A stretch of DNA of 24,466 bases from Deferrisomatales bacterium. Lineage in GTDB: Bacteria; Desulfobacterota; Deferrisomatia; Deferrisomatales; JACRMM01. Positions 1 to 9,112 of the stretch are shown here, in pieces. The notes beneath the pieces are model-generated. The model saw only the letters and a list, made by a program, of their open reading frames with translations, was not told where the DNA came from and ran no database searches. The translations under genes were made by a program, and so were the position numbers. The stretch covers positions 1 to 24,466 of the forward strand of contig JAWSUI010000056.1 of NCBI GenBank assembly GCA_033551855.1. Direction: 5' to 3'. Each line of letters begins with the position of its first letter. Position 1 is the first letter of the stretch.

Positions 1-99
1 CACGAGGATTCCGGATGCGGCGCGGGAGCGCACCTACCGTACAGTCCGGCATCGTTCGCCGGAGGGGGCGGGCCCACCCGGTCGTTTACCGGAAGGACC
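1..99. mobile_element. Partial copy of the MITE at 12117-12325, in inverted orientation and cut by the window edge
   Basis: Ungapped match, 87/99 by hand count, to the reverse complement of 12117-12215. Similarity stops exactly at the TIR end (...TTTACCGGAAGGACC, position 99). Confidence 0.85.
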
Positions 100-193
100 T
101 TTTGTTGCGGCCCGGCAAGGAAGGCAGGCCACCCGCCGCCTTCCGAGCGCCTCCGGCGCCGCCCACCCGACGGCCCCCGAGGGGCGACCCCCA

Positions 194-1096
194 ATGGACT
201 ACTTCCTGTACCTGTTCCTGAGCGGGCTCACCCGAGGCAGCATCTACGCGCTCATCGCCCTCGGGTACACCATGGTGTATGGGATCATCCAGCTCATCAA
301 CTTCGCCCACGGCGAGATCTACATGATCGGGGCGTTCACGGCCCTTATCGCCGCCGGGGTGCTCACCATGTATGGACTGGAAGGCCCGGCGGTGCTGCTG
401 CTGGCCGGCGTGGTCGCCGTGATCTATTCCATGGCCTACGGGTTCACCGTAGAGAAGATCGCCTACAAGCCCCTGCGGCAGGCGCCCCGGCTCTCCCCCC
501 TGATCAGCGCCATCGGGATGTCGATCTTCCTCCAGAACTACGTGCTGCTGGCCCAGACCTCGAACTTCCTCCCCTTTCCCGCCCTGGTGCCCGAGCTCGC
601 CTTCCTCGAGCCGGTGAGCCACCTCATGAGCTCGGCCGAGATCCTCATCCTGGTCACGACGGCTGCGTGCATGGTGGCCCTGACGCTCCTCGTCAAGCAC
701 ACCCGGATGGGAAAGGCCATGCGGGCCACCGCACAGGACCGGTCGATGGCGCTGCTACTGGGGGTCAACGTCAACCGGGTGATCTCCACCACCTTCGTCA
801 TCGGGTCGGCGCTCGCCGCAATCGGGGGGGTGCTGATCGCCTCCCACGTCGGGCAGATCAACTTCTTCATCGGGTTCATCGCGGGGATCAAGGCGTTCAC
901 GGCCGCGGTGCTGGGGGGCATCGGCTCCATCCCCGGCGCGGCTCTGGGAGGCCTGGTCCTCGGCCTGACCGAGAGCTTCGCCACGGGCTACGTCTCGAGC
1001 GACTACGAAGACGTGTTCGCCTTCGCGCTCCTGGTCCTGATCCTCATCTTCCGGCCCGCCGGCATCCTGGGCCGGGCGACCACCCAGAAGGTCTGA
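194..1096 (+). CDS. livH: Branched-chain amino acid ABC transporter permease LivH
   Basis: Motifs GSIYALIALGYTMVYGIIQLINFAHGE, GKAMRATAQD and KAFTAAVLGGIGS; hydrophobic, 300 aa. Confidence 0.95.
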   Translation: MDYFLYLFLSGLTRGSIYALIALGYTMVYGIIQLINFAHGEIYMIGAFTALIAAGVLTMYGLEGPAVLLLAGVVAVIYSMAYGFTVEKIAYKPLRQAPRLSPLISAIGMSIFLQNYVLLAQTSNFLPFPALVPELAFLEPVSHLMSSAEILILVTTAACMVALTLLVKHTRMGKAMRATAQDRSMALLLGVNVNRVISTTFVIGSALAAIGGVLIASHVGQINFFIGFIAGIKAFTAAVLGGIGSIPGAALGGLVLGLTESFATGYVSSDYEDVFAFALLVLILIFRPAGILGRATTQKV

Positions 1097-1099
1097 TTC

Positions 1100-2362
1100 G
1101 TGGCCTCCCCCGCCGGCACCCTCGGGACAAGATCGACCGCGGTGGTGAGCGAGTTGCGACAGTCGCTGCTGGTTTCGCTGTGGATGGTGTTCCTGACCTT
1201 CCCCCTCCTCGCGGTGCGCGTCAACACCATCGACGACGTGGTCGAGTGGCGCTGGCACAACGTGGCCTGGGTGGCGGTGGGCTCCTTCGTTCTCTCCTTT
1301 GTCTGGCGGCAGCTCCACGAGCGAAAGCAGCGAGGCCGGCGGAAAGCCCCGGAGGCCGACTCCGGGGAGCGCACGCCCCTCGCCCGGCGCCTCCTCGAGG
1401 ACCGGCGGGTGATCCTTCCGGCCCTGGCGCTCCTCGGGGCGGCCGCCGCGGCCGCCCCGTTCCTCGCCTCCACCTTCCAGGTCCGCATCCTCATCACGGC
1501 GCTCATCTACGTGGTGCTGGGGCTCGGGCTCAACATCGTGGTGGGGCTCGCGGGGCTCCTCGACCTGGGGTACGTGGCGTTCTACGCGGTGGGGGCCTAC
1601 TCCTACGCTCTGCTGTACTACCACTTCGACATCGGGTTCTGGACCGCCCTCCCCCTCGGGATGCTCTTCGCGGCGATCTTCGGCGTCCTGCTGGGGACCC
1701 CGATGCTCCGCCTGCGGGGCGACTACCTGGCCATCGTCACCCTTGGCTTCGGCCAGATCGTCCGCATCGTCCTGGAAAACTGGGGGGAGCTCTCCCGGGG
1801 CCCGAGCGGCATCGCGAACATCCCCAAGCCCGGCTTCTTCGGGATGACCCTGAGTCTCCAGCAGTCCACGGTGTACATCTACTACCTGATGCTCGCCCTC
1901 CTACTCTTCACCATCTTCGTCGTGAGCCGGCTGCAGAACTCACGCCTGGGGCGCTCGTGGGTCGCCCTTCGCGAGGACGAGATCGCCTGCGAGGCCATGG
2001 GCATCCCCCGGATGCGCACCAAGCTCGCCGCGTTCGCGCTCGGCGCCACCTGGGCCGGCTTGGCCGGGGTGGTCTTCGCGGCCAACACGAGCTTCATCAA
2101 CCCGGCGAGCTTTACGCTGTGGGAGTCGATCATCATCCTCTCCATCGTGGTCTTCGGGGGCATGGGGTCGATCACCGGGGTGGTGCTCGCGGCCTTCATC
2201 CTCACCCTGCTCCCCTATTACCTGGCGGAGTTCATGGAGTACCGCATGCTCCTCTTCGGGGCGACCATGGTGTTGATGATGGTCTTCCGGCCCCAGGGGC
2301 TGATCACCAACGTGCGGCGGCGCTACGAGTACCACGGCGCCGCCGCACGGAATCGAGGCTGA
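1100..2362 (+). CDS. livM: Branched-chain amino acid ABC transporter permease LivM (start codon uncertain)
   Basis: Motifs LGLNIVVGLAGLLDLGYVAFY, LRLRGDYLAIVTLGFG, GRSWVALREDE and FRPQGL. Confidence 0.93.
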   Translation: MASPAGTLGTRSTAVVSELRQSLLVSLWMVFLTFPLLAVRVNTIDDVVEWRWHNVAWVAVGSFVLSFVWRQLHERKQRGRRKAPEADSGERTPLARRLLEDRRVILPALALLGAAAAAAPFLASTFQVRILITALIYVVLGLGLNIVVGLAGLLDLGYVAFYAVGAYSYALLYYHFDIGFWTALPLGMLFAAIFGVLLGTPMLRLRGDYLAIVTLGFGQIVRIVLENWGELSRGPSGIANIPKPGFFGMTLSLQQSTVYIYYLMLALLLFTIFVVSRLQNSRLGRSWVALREDEIACEAMGIPRMRTKLAAFALGATWAGLAGVVFAANTSFINPASFTLWESIIILSIVVFGGMGSITGVVLAAFILTLLPYYLAEFMEYRMLLFGATMVLMMVFRPQGLITNVRRRYEYHGAAARNRG

Positions 2363-2416
2363 AGGTGCGCAACCCGAACAGCCCGCCCCGCCGGCGTCGG
2401 CTGCGAAAGCCCTGAG

Positions 2417-3205
2417 ATGGAGCGGGTCCTCGACGTCCGCAACCTGTGCATGAGCTTCGGCGGCCTCCGGGCCCTCGAGGCCGTGGACCTCGACGTGCGC
2501 CCGAGGGAGATCGCCGCGCTGATCGGGCCCAACGGTGCGGGGAAGACCACCTTCTTCAACTGCATCACGGGGATCTACCCCCCCACCGCCGGCGACATCT
2601 TCCTCGAGACCCCGGGCGGGGGCCGCACCCGGCTCAACGGGCTCAAACCCCACCGCGTCACGGAGCGCGGCATGGCCCGCACCTTCCAGAACATCCGCCT
2701 CTTCCCCAACATGACCGCCCTGGAGAACGTCATGGTCGGCCGCCACTGCCGCACCGCCGCGGGCATCCTGGGGGCCGTCTTCCGCGGGCCCTCGACCCGC
2801 GCAGAGGAACGGGAAACGGCGGAGCGCAGCTACGAGCTCCTGCAGCGGGTGGGACTCGCGTCCTACGTCAACGACCTGGCCAAGAACCTGCCCTACGGCG
2901 CTCAACGGCGGCTGGAAATCGCACGGGCCCTGGCCACCGAGCCGGTGCTCCTGCTCCTGGACGAGCCGGCGGCGGGCATGAATCCCCAGGAGACCTCGGA
3001 TCTCGACGAGCTCATTACCCGGATCCGGGAAGAGTCTGACATCTCCATCCTCCTCATCGAGCACGACATGAAGCTCGTCATGAGCCTGTCGGACCGAATC
3101 TTCGTCGTGGAATACGGCCGCAAGATCGCAGAAGGCACGCCGGACGAGATCCGGTACGACCCGGCGGTGATCAAGGCCTACCTGGGGGAGGAGGCGGCCG
3201 GCTGA
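2417..3205 (+). CDS. livG: Branched-chain amino acid ABC transporter ATP-binding protein LivG
   Basis: Walker A GPNGAGKT, RTFQNIRLF, LPYGAQRRLEIARALA, Walker B LLLDEPAAG, C-terminal AYLG. Confidence 0.95.
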   Translation: MERVLDVRNLCMSFGGLRALEAVDLDVRPREIAALIGPNGAGKTTFFNCITGIYPPTAGDIFLETPGGGRTRLNGLKPHRVTERGMARTFQNIRLFPNMTALENVMVGRHCRTAAGILGAVFRGPSTRAEERETAERSYELLQRVGLASYVNDLAKNLPYGAQRRLEIARALATEPVLLLLDEPAAGMNPQETSDLDELITRIREESDISILLIEHDMKLVMSLSDRIFVVEYGRKIAEGTPDEIRYDPAVIKAYLGEEAAG

Positions 3206-3279
3206 GGGATCGTCGCGGGCAGGCTGAGGTGCGAAGCGCACGCCGGAAGACGGGCGGATCTCCAACCGCGAGGACTCTC

Positions 3280-5379
3280 ATGCGTCGAAGCCTACTGATC
3301 CTGGGACTTTTCTGGGCTGCAACCGCCCACGGACCCGCCGAAGCCCAGCTCACGGCGACGGTGCCGAACGACACCTATCGGACCATCCAGGAGGGCATCG
3401 ACGCGGCCTTCGAGAGCGGCGGGGGGACGATCACGGTGCGGGCGGGCACCTACTCCGACTCGCTCAACCTCCGGGCCGGCGTCACCCTTCGGGGGGAGGA
3501 GACCGCCGCCACCATCCTCACGGGAGGGATCACAGCCCAGGGCGGCACCGCTTCGCGGACGCTGCAGCGCTTCACGATCACGGGTAACGAGGTGAGCTTT
3601 GCCAACGCCTCGAATCTCGACATCCGGAACAACGTCTTCCACAGCCTGTCCGGGGCGGCCTTGAGACTGCAGAACTGCTCCGGTGCGACCGTGGCCAACA
3701 ACACCTTCTACGGCAACGCCACGGCGTTGAGCCTCTCCGGCAGCACCGGCCGTGTGGAGGCCAACCTCTTCGCCGGAAACGCGGTTGCGGTGAATCGCGA
3801 CGCCGGCGCCGTCTCGTTTCCCCACAACTTCTTCGACACGGCCAGCCAGGACCCCACGGAGGAGACCGTGTCCAACCAGGATCCCCTGCTCGTCGACCCC
3901 GGCGGCGGGGATTTCCACCTTCGCGCCGGCTCTCCCTGCATCAACGCGGCGGCGACCGCCGAGGGCGGAGACACCGACCAGGGGGCCTACGGCGGTTCGG
4001 GGGCCGATCGGCGTCCCTCCGCGGTGGGGGGGCTCGAGGTCGAGCTCCTGGGTCCCGACGGGACGGGCGTGCGCCTGCGGTGGCACCCCAACCTCGCGTA
4101 CGACATCTCGGAGTACCGGGTCTATTACGGTGCGGACGAATCCTTGGCGGGAACGGGGGCGGACCAGGGGCCCTCCGGCTACGTCGTGCCGGGCCCGCTC
4201 AACACGGTGTCGGACCTCACCGGTCTCACCGTCGCGGCAGAATCCCCGGAGACGGTGCAGGGGCTCGAGGGATTTTCCCGGAACCGCGGGGTCTTCCTTC
4301 GTTGGGAGGCGGCACCTGGCGCCACAGGGTACCGGGTCCTCTGGGGCCCCGCCGGGGTCGGGCTCGAAAGCTCGGCCGACGTCGGCAACGTCACGTCCCA
4401 CACGGTGACGGGGCTCGCCAACGGCCAACCGTACCGATTCGCCGTTCGTTCCCTGGGGGGTACGACCCATCACTTCGCAGTGACGGCGCGGGCGAGCACG
4501 CCGGCGGGCGCCTTTGAGAGTCGGAGGGCCCAGGTGTTGGCCGTGCCGATCACCGAACTGGAGGGCAACCTCTCGGCCGAGGTGCTCCAGACGCCGGAAG
4601 AGACGGTGGGCTTTCCGGAGCTCGCAGACCGCGGAGGCTGCTTCGTCCAGGCGACCTCCGGCGGCCCCCCCCGCACGGGCGCCCTGTGGGTCGGCGCGGT
4701 CTTGCTGGCGCTGCTGGGAGCGCTCCTTGCGGGGCCGCGCGGCGCGGTCTGCACGGCCCTCCTCGCCGCGCTCCTCCTTTCCCCGGCCGCCGCCCACGCC
4801 GGCCCCGCCCGGTGGAGCGCCGGGGTCAAGGGCGGGATCCTGTTCCCCGGAGAGAGCGGCTGGGGCAGCCACTACGACTCCGACGTGGTCGCGGACTGGA
4901 GGCTATCCCTCGGCTACCGCCTCTCTTCCCGCCTGGAAGTCGGACTGGAAGGGGGGTACCGCAAGGCAGAAGGGAAGGTGTCCGAGAGCCGCTCCGGCCA
5001 GCCCCTGGGCCGGTCCCTGGACCAGACCCTGACGGTCGTCCCGGCCCAGGCCTATGTCCTCTACGACCTTCGCTGGAGCGACCACCAGTGGGTGGTGCCG
5101 TATCTGGGCGGGGGTTACAGCCGGTACTACTACCGCCACGAGGTGGACGAGGGGGAGGATACCCGAGGGCGGCAGCACGGGTACCACCTCCGGGGCGGAC
5201 TCAACATCCTCTTGAATCCCCTGGACCCGCAAGCAGCCCAGCGGGCGCGCTCCGGCTTCGGGGTCGCGCGGACCTACGCGTGCCTCGAGGGGCAGTACGC
5301 CCGGGTGGACGACTTCGGATCGGCCGACGCCGACCTGGGAGGCTGGAGCGTTCTCGCCGGCGTGGCCGTGCACTTCTGA
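3280..5379 (+). CDS. Exported multidomain protein: signal peptide, pectin-lyase-like parallel beta-helix, two FN3 domains, GGCFV motif with TM segment, internal signal-like segment, outer-membrane beta-barrel
   Basis: ATG at 3280 follows GAGGA. Signal peptide MRRSLLILGLFWAATAHGPAEA. Beta-helix hallmarks TIQEGID, VRAGTY, IRNNVF, VANNTFYGN, DFHLRAGSPCINA, DQGAYGG. FN3 hallmarks LRW, YRVYYG, TGLANGQPYRFAV. Barrel hallmarks VVPYLGGGY and a terminal Phe (VAVHF). Confidence 0.85.
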   Translation: MRRSLLILGLFWAATAHGPAEAQLTATVPNDTYRTIQEGIDAAFESGGGTITVRAGTYSDSLNLRAGVTLRGEETAATILTGGITAQGGTASRTLQRFTITGNEVSFANASNLDIRNNVFHSLSGAALRLQNCSGATVANNTFYGNATALSLSGSTGRVEANLFAGNAVAVNRDAGAVSFPHNFFDTASQDPTEETVSNQDPLLVDPGGGDFHLRAGSPCINAAATAEGGDTDQGAYGGSGADRRPSAVGGLEVELLGPDGTGVRLRWHPNLAYDISEYRVYYGADESLAGTGADQGPSGYVVPGPLNTVSDLTGLTVAAESPETVQGLEGFSRNRGVFLRWEAAPGATGYRVLWGPAGVGLESSADVGNVTSHTVTGLANGQPYRFAVRSLGGTTHHFAVTARASTPAGAFESRRAQVLAVPITELEGNLSAEVLQTPEETVGFPELADRGGCFVQATSGGPPRTGALWVGAVLLALLGALLAGPRGAVCTALLAALLLSPAAAHAGPARWSAGVKGGILFPGESGWGSHYDSDVVADWRLSLGYRLSSRLEVGLEGGYRKAEGKVSESRSGQPLGRSLDQTLTVVPAQAYVLYDLRWSDHQWVVPYLGGGYSRYYYRHEVDEGEDTRGRQHGYHLRGGLNILLNPLDPQAAQRARSGFGVARTYACLEGQYARVDDFGSADADLGGWSVLAGVAVHF

Positions 5380-5460
5380 TCCCTGCGGCCCCGAGGTGCG
5401 AAGTCCCCCAAAGGCACCCGGCAGCGAGCGATGTCGGACCCCACCCCCTTTGGCCCGGCG

Positions 5461-8400
5461 TCACGCCGCCTGGGCCGAGCGCTCCTCGGTCAGGCGCACC
5501 GAAACCGCCCGGCTCACCCCGGGTTCTCCCATCGTCACCCCGTACAGGTGGCGCGCCGCCTCCATGGTCGACTTGTTGTGGGTGATCAGGAAGAACTGGG
5601 AAGCGCCCGACAGGGAGCGGAGCAGCTCGCAGAACCGGCCGATGTTCGCCTCGTCCAGCGGTGCGTCGACCTCGTCGAGGATGCAGAAGGGGCTGGGCTT
5701 CACCAGAAAGATCGAGAAGATCAGCGCCACCGCGGTGAGGGCCTTTTCGCCCCCGGAGAGCAGGCTGATGTGCTGGGGGCGTTTGCCGGCGGGACGAGCC
5801 ACGATGTCGATACCGGTCTCGAGCACGTCCTCCGGGTCGGTGAGCACCAGGCGCGCCTCTCCCCCCTGGAAGAGCTGGGGGTAGAGGCCCTGGAAGGTCC
5901 GGCTCACCTTCTCGAAGGTCTCGGCGAATCGCTCCCGGGACACCCGGTTGATGCGCTGGATCGCCTGCTTGAGGGAAGCGAGGCTCTCCTCCAGATCGCG
6001 CCGCTGGGCCTCGAGGAACTCGTAGCGGTTCTTCCGCTCCTCGTGCTCCTCGATGGCGAGGAGGTTGATCTCACCGAAGGCCTCGAGCTCCGCGCCCAAG
6101 GCGCGCACGCGCGTCTCCGCCGCTTCGGGGTCGAACCCTTCGCCGACTCCCGCGCCGGCCTCCGTCTCCAGGTCCCCCCCGAGGCGTTCCCGGAACCGCT
6201 CGGAAAGGCTCTCGCAGCGCAACTCCAGGTCCCGCAAGCCCAACTCCGCCTCGCCGTGGCGCTTCTGAAGGGCGTCGACGTCCCTCCGGGCCTGTGAGGC
6301 CGACCGCTCCTCGGCCGTGAGCTCCCCGCGGCGCGTGTCGAGACGCTGGCCGAGCTCGGAGACCCGGGCCTCCTGGCGCTCAAGCTCCGTCCGGAGGACC
6401 TCGGCTTCCCGAACCACCCGCTCGAGCTCGCCCACCCGGGCCTCCCGCGTGCACTCACACTCCAGGGCCTCTTCCCCGAGCCTCACGACACGGCGCGACA
6501 CGTTCTCCAAGGACGTGCGGAGCGCGCGGATCCGCTCCCCCAACCCGTCACGGCGCTCCCGGTCCGAGGCCTCGTCCACCTGGAGTCTCGTGAGGTCCTC
6601 GTGGGCGGCGCGCACCCGATCCCTCAGGTGAGCCAGGGCTCTCTCCCGGTCCTCGCGTCGCGACGCTTCCTCCTCCTGCAGGCAGAGAAGTCGCGCCTTC
6701 TCCACCTCGAGGGCAGCCGCCTCGGTCTCCCACCGTCCGCCCTCGGCCCAGAGGTCGTCGCGCTCGAGCTCCATCGCCTCCCGCCGCTCCTCGAGGCGCT
6801 CGCGCCGCTCCCGGAGCTGGGTCAGGTCCTTGGCGGCGTGGACCACCTGGAGCTCGCAGCGGTGCATCTCTTCCCGCGCCGTCTCGAGGCGCGCGGACAA
6901 GTCCCGGAACCGGGCGTCGTTCTCGGCGAGCGCGGCCTCCCGGGCCCCCAACTCTACGGCCAGCCCCCGGACCCTCTCCCGCAGCTCCCGAATCTGACGG
7001 TTTCGCTGGAGCAGACCGGGACCGGCCGCGCCGGCCGTGCCGCCGGAGATGACCCCCTCGGGGCTCAGGGTCTCCCCCTCGAGGGTCACCAGGGTCGCGC
7101 GGATCCCGTTGGCCTCCCACAGGCGCACCGCCTGCTCGAGCGTCTCCACGACGAATACGTCACCCAGGAGGCACCGAGCCAGCCCCTCGTAGGCCGGCGT
7201 CACGGTCACCAGGTCGAGCAGGGGCCCCCTCGCCCCGGTCTCTCCCCCCTTCGGGAAGACCGATTCACTGACCTCCCGCAGGGACAGGGGAGCAAAGCTG
7301 GATCGACCGGCCCGCTTCTCCTTCAACCGGCGGACCCCCTCGAGACCCCGTTCCGGGCTCTCGACGATCACGTACTGGAGGCGCTCTCCCAGGGCCGCCT
7401 CCAGGGCAGCCTCGTACTCCGCAGGGGCCGAGATGGCATCTGCCACTACCCCGTGCACACCGTTTCGCCCACCCGACCGGGCCTCGGCGAGAATGGCCTT
7501 GACCCCCGCCCCGTACCACTCCAGGCTGTCCTTGAGCTGCTCCAGCCCCTTGAGGCGAGACTGGTCCGTGTGGAGTTCCCGGCGGGCTTCCTCCACCCCG
7601 CGGCGGAGGAGTTCGCTCTCCCCTCGGAGGGACTGGAGCTCCTCCTCCAGCCGAACCCGATCCCCGCGAGCCAGGTCGCGCACCCTCTCCGCGGTGCCCA
7701 GCTCCTCTTCGCGGCGGCCCTGTTCCGCCCCGACCTCCCGAAGCCTGGCAGCCACCTCCTCCCCCTGGCGGCCCATCCCCTCGAGGCGGCGGGCCACGTC
7801 CTGCCGCTGCCGAAGGGCGTGCTCCAGGCCGTGGCGCACCCGCGTGAGCTCACCGAGAAGGGCCACCTCGGCCCGCGTCTCCTCGTCCAAGCCCCGCTCG
7901 GCCGCCTGCTGCAGCGCCAAGGCCTCAGCGTGCTGCGCCGTGAGATCCGTCAGGAGGCGCCCCCGGCCCGCGATCCTCTCCGCGACCCGCTGGAGCTCCT
8001 CCTCCAGCGCCTGCGCCTCCCCCTGGAGGTCCCCCCGCCGAGCCTCGAGCTCGCGAGCCTCCTCCCGGGAACCCTGCGCTCGGCGGGCCAGACCCTCCGC
8101 CTCCCGCTGGAGGAACTCCACCCGCCCCTCCCGCTGGGTGATCTGGTTCCGGAGGTGATAGACGCCCTTCTGGGCGCTCTCGAAGGCCCGCTCCTCGTCC
8201 AGCAGCTGCACGCGCCCCTTCTCCAGGCCCGCCTCCAGGCGCCCGGCCCGAGCCCGGGCCTCCGCCACGGCGGTCTCCAGGTCCCGGACGGCCTGCCGCG
8301 CCTCGGCGGATCCCAGCCGGAGCCCGTGCCAGGCCGAGACCGAGAGATCCCGCTCCAGCGCCCTCTTCTCCCCCCGCAGCCGACGGAAGGCCTCGGCCCG

Positions 8401-9039
8401 TGCCGCCTGCCGCTTGAGGACGTTCATCTCGCGGCGCACCTCCCCGATCACGTCCCCCAGCCGGGCGAGGTTCTGAGCGGTGTGCTCCATCTTGCGCACC
8501 GTCTCTTCCTTCCGGCTCCGGTACTTCGTGATCCCGGCCGCCTCCTCGATCAGGAAGCGCCGATCCCTGGGCTTGGCGGAGAGGAGCGTCTCGATCCGGC
8601 CCTGCTCGACCACGGAGTACGCGCGGCGGCCCACCCCCGTGTCCATGAAGAGCTCGGTGACATCCCGGAGCCTGCACGGCACCTTGTTGATCAGATATTC
8701 GCTCTCTCCCGACCGGTGCAGCCGTCGGGTGACCGCCACCTCGTGAAAGGAGCCGAACCTTTCGGGCAGGTGGCCCTCCACCTCCGCCAGGGTCAGGGTC
8801 ACCTCGCACAGATTCAACGGCTTGCGCGACTCGCTCCCGGAGAAGATCACGTCCTCCATGGAGTCGCCCCGCAACCCCTTGGCGCTCATCTCTCCCATCA
8901 CCCAACGAATGGCATCGACAATATTGGACTTCCCGCAGCCGTTGGGCCCGACGATGGCCGTGGTCCCCTCGTGGAAGACCAGCTCGGTGGGCTCGGGGAA
9001 AGACTTGAAGCCGAAGAGGGCGAGTTTCTTCAGTTTCAT
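5461..9039 (-). CDS. smc: Chromosome segregation protein SMC (1192 aa)
   Basis: Start MKLKKLALFGFKSF, Walker A GPNGCGKSN, long coiled coils, hinge, LLSGGEK signature, DEVDAPLD, ITHN. Confidence 0.97.
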   Translation of the reverse strand: MKLKKLALFGFKSFPEPTELVFHEGTTAIVGPNGCGKSNIVDAIRWVMGEMSAKGLRGDSMEDVIFSGSESRKPLNLCEVTLTLAEVEGHLPERFGSFHEVAVTRRLHRSGESEYLINKVPCRLRDVTELFMDTGVGRRAYSVVEQGRIETLLSAKPRDRRFLIEEAAGITKYRSRKEETVRKMEHTAQNLARLGDVIGEVRREMNVLKRQAARAEAFRRLRGEKRALERDLSVSAWHGLRLGSAEARQAVRDLETAVAEARARAGRLEAGLEKGRVQLLDEERAFESAQKGVYHLRNQITQREGRVEFLQREAEGLARRAQGSREEARELEARRGDLQGEAQALEEELQRVAERIAGRGRLLTDLTAQHAEALALQQAAERGLDEETRAEVALLGELTRVRHGLEHALRQRQDVARRLEGMGRQGEEVAARLREVGAEQGRREEELGTAERVRDLARGDRVRLEEELQSLRGESELLRRGVEEARRELHTDQSRLKGLEQLKDSLEWYGAGVKAILAEARSGGRNGVHGVVADAISAPAEYEAALEAALGERLQYVIVESPERGLEGVRRLKEKRAGRSSFAPLSLREVSESVFPKGGETGARGPLLDLVTVTPAYEGLARCLLGDVFVVETLEQAVRLWEANGIRATLVTLEGETLSPEGVISGGTAGAAGPGLLQRNRQIRELRERVRGLAVELGAREAALAENDARFRDLSARLETAREEMHRCELQVVHAAKDLTQLRERRERLEERREAMELERDDLWAEGGRWETEAAALEVEKARLLCLQEEEASRREDRERALAHLRDRVRAAHEDLTRLQVDEASDRERRDGLGERIRALRTSLENVSRRVVRLGEEALECECTREARVGELERVVREAEVLRTELERQEARVSELGQRLDTRRGELTAEERSASQARRDVDALQKRHGEAELGLRDLELRCESLSERFRERLGGDLETEAGAGVGEGFDPEAAETRVRALGAELEAFGEINLLAIEEHEERKNRYEFLEAQRRDLEESLASLKQAIQRINRVSRERFAETFEKVSRTFQGLYPQLFQGGEARLVLTDPEDVLETGIDIVARPAGKRPQHISLLSGGEKALTAVALIFSIFLVKPSPFCILDEVDAPLDEANIGRFCELLRSLSGASQFFLITHNKSTMEAARHLYGVTMGEPGVSRAVSVRLTEERSAQAA

Positions 9040-9076
9040 CCGGACCCCAGGCGGGGGGGGGAACGCGCTCGGAGGG

Positions 9077-9105
9077 ATGATAACGGACCCGGGAGGGGAA
9101 GTAAA
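9077..9105 (-). promoter_or_regulatory. Putative sigma70 promoter of smc
   Basis: Minus strand TTTACT-17 bp-TATCAT, about 40 bp upstream of the ATG. Confidence 0.6.
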
Positions 9106-9112
9106 GGGCAAA

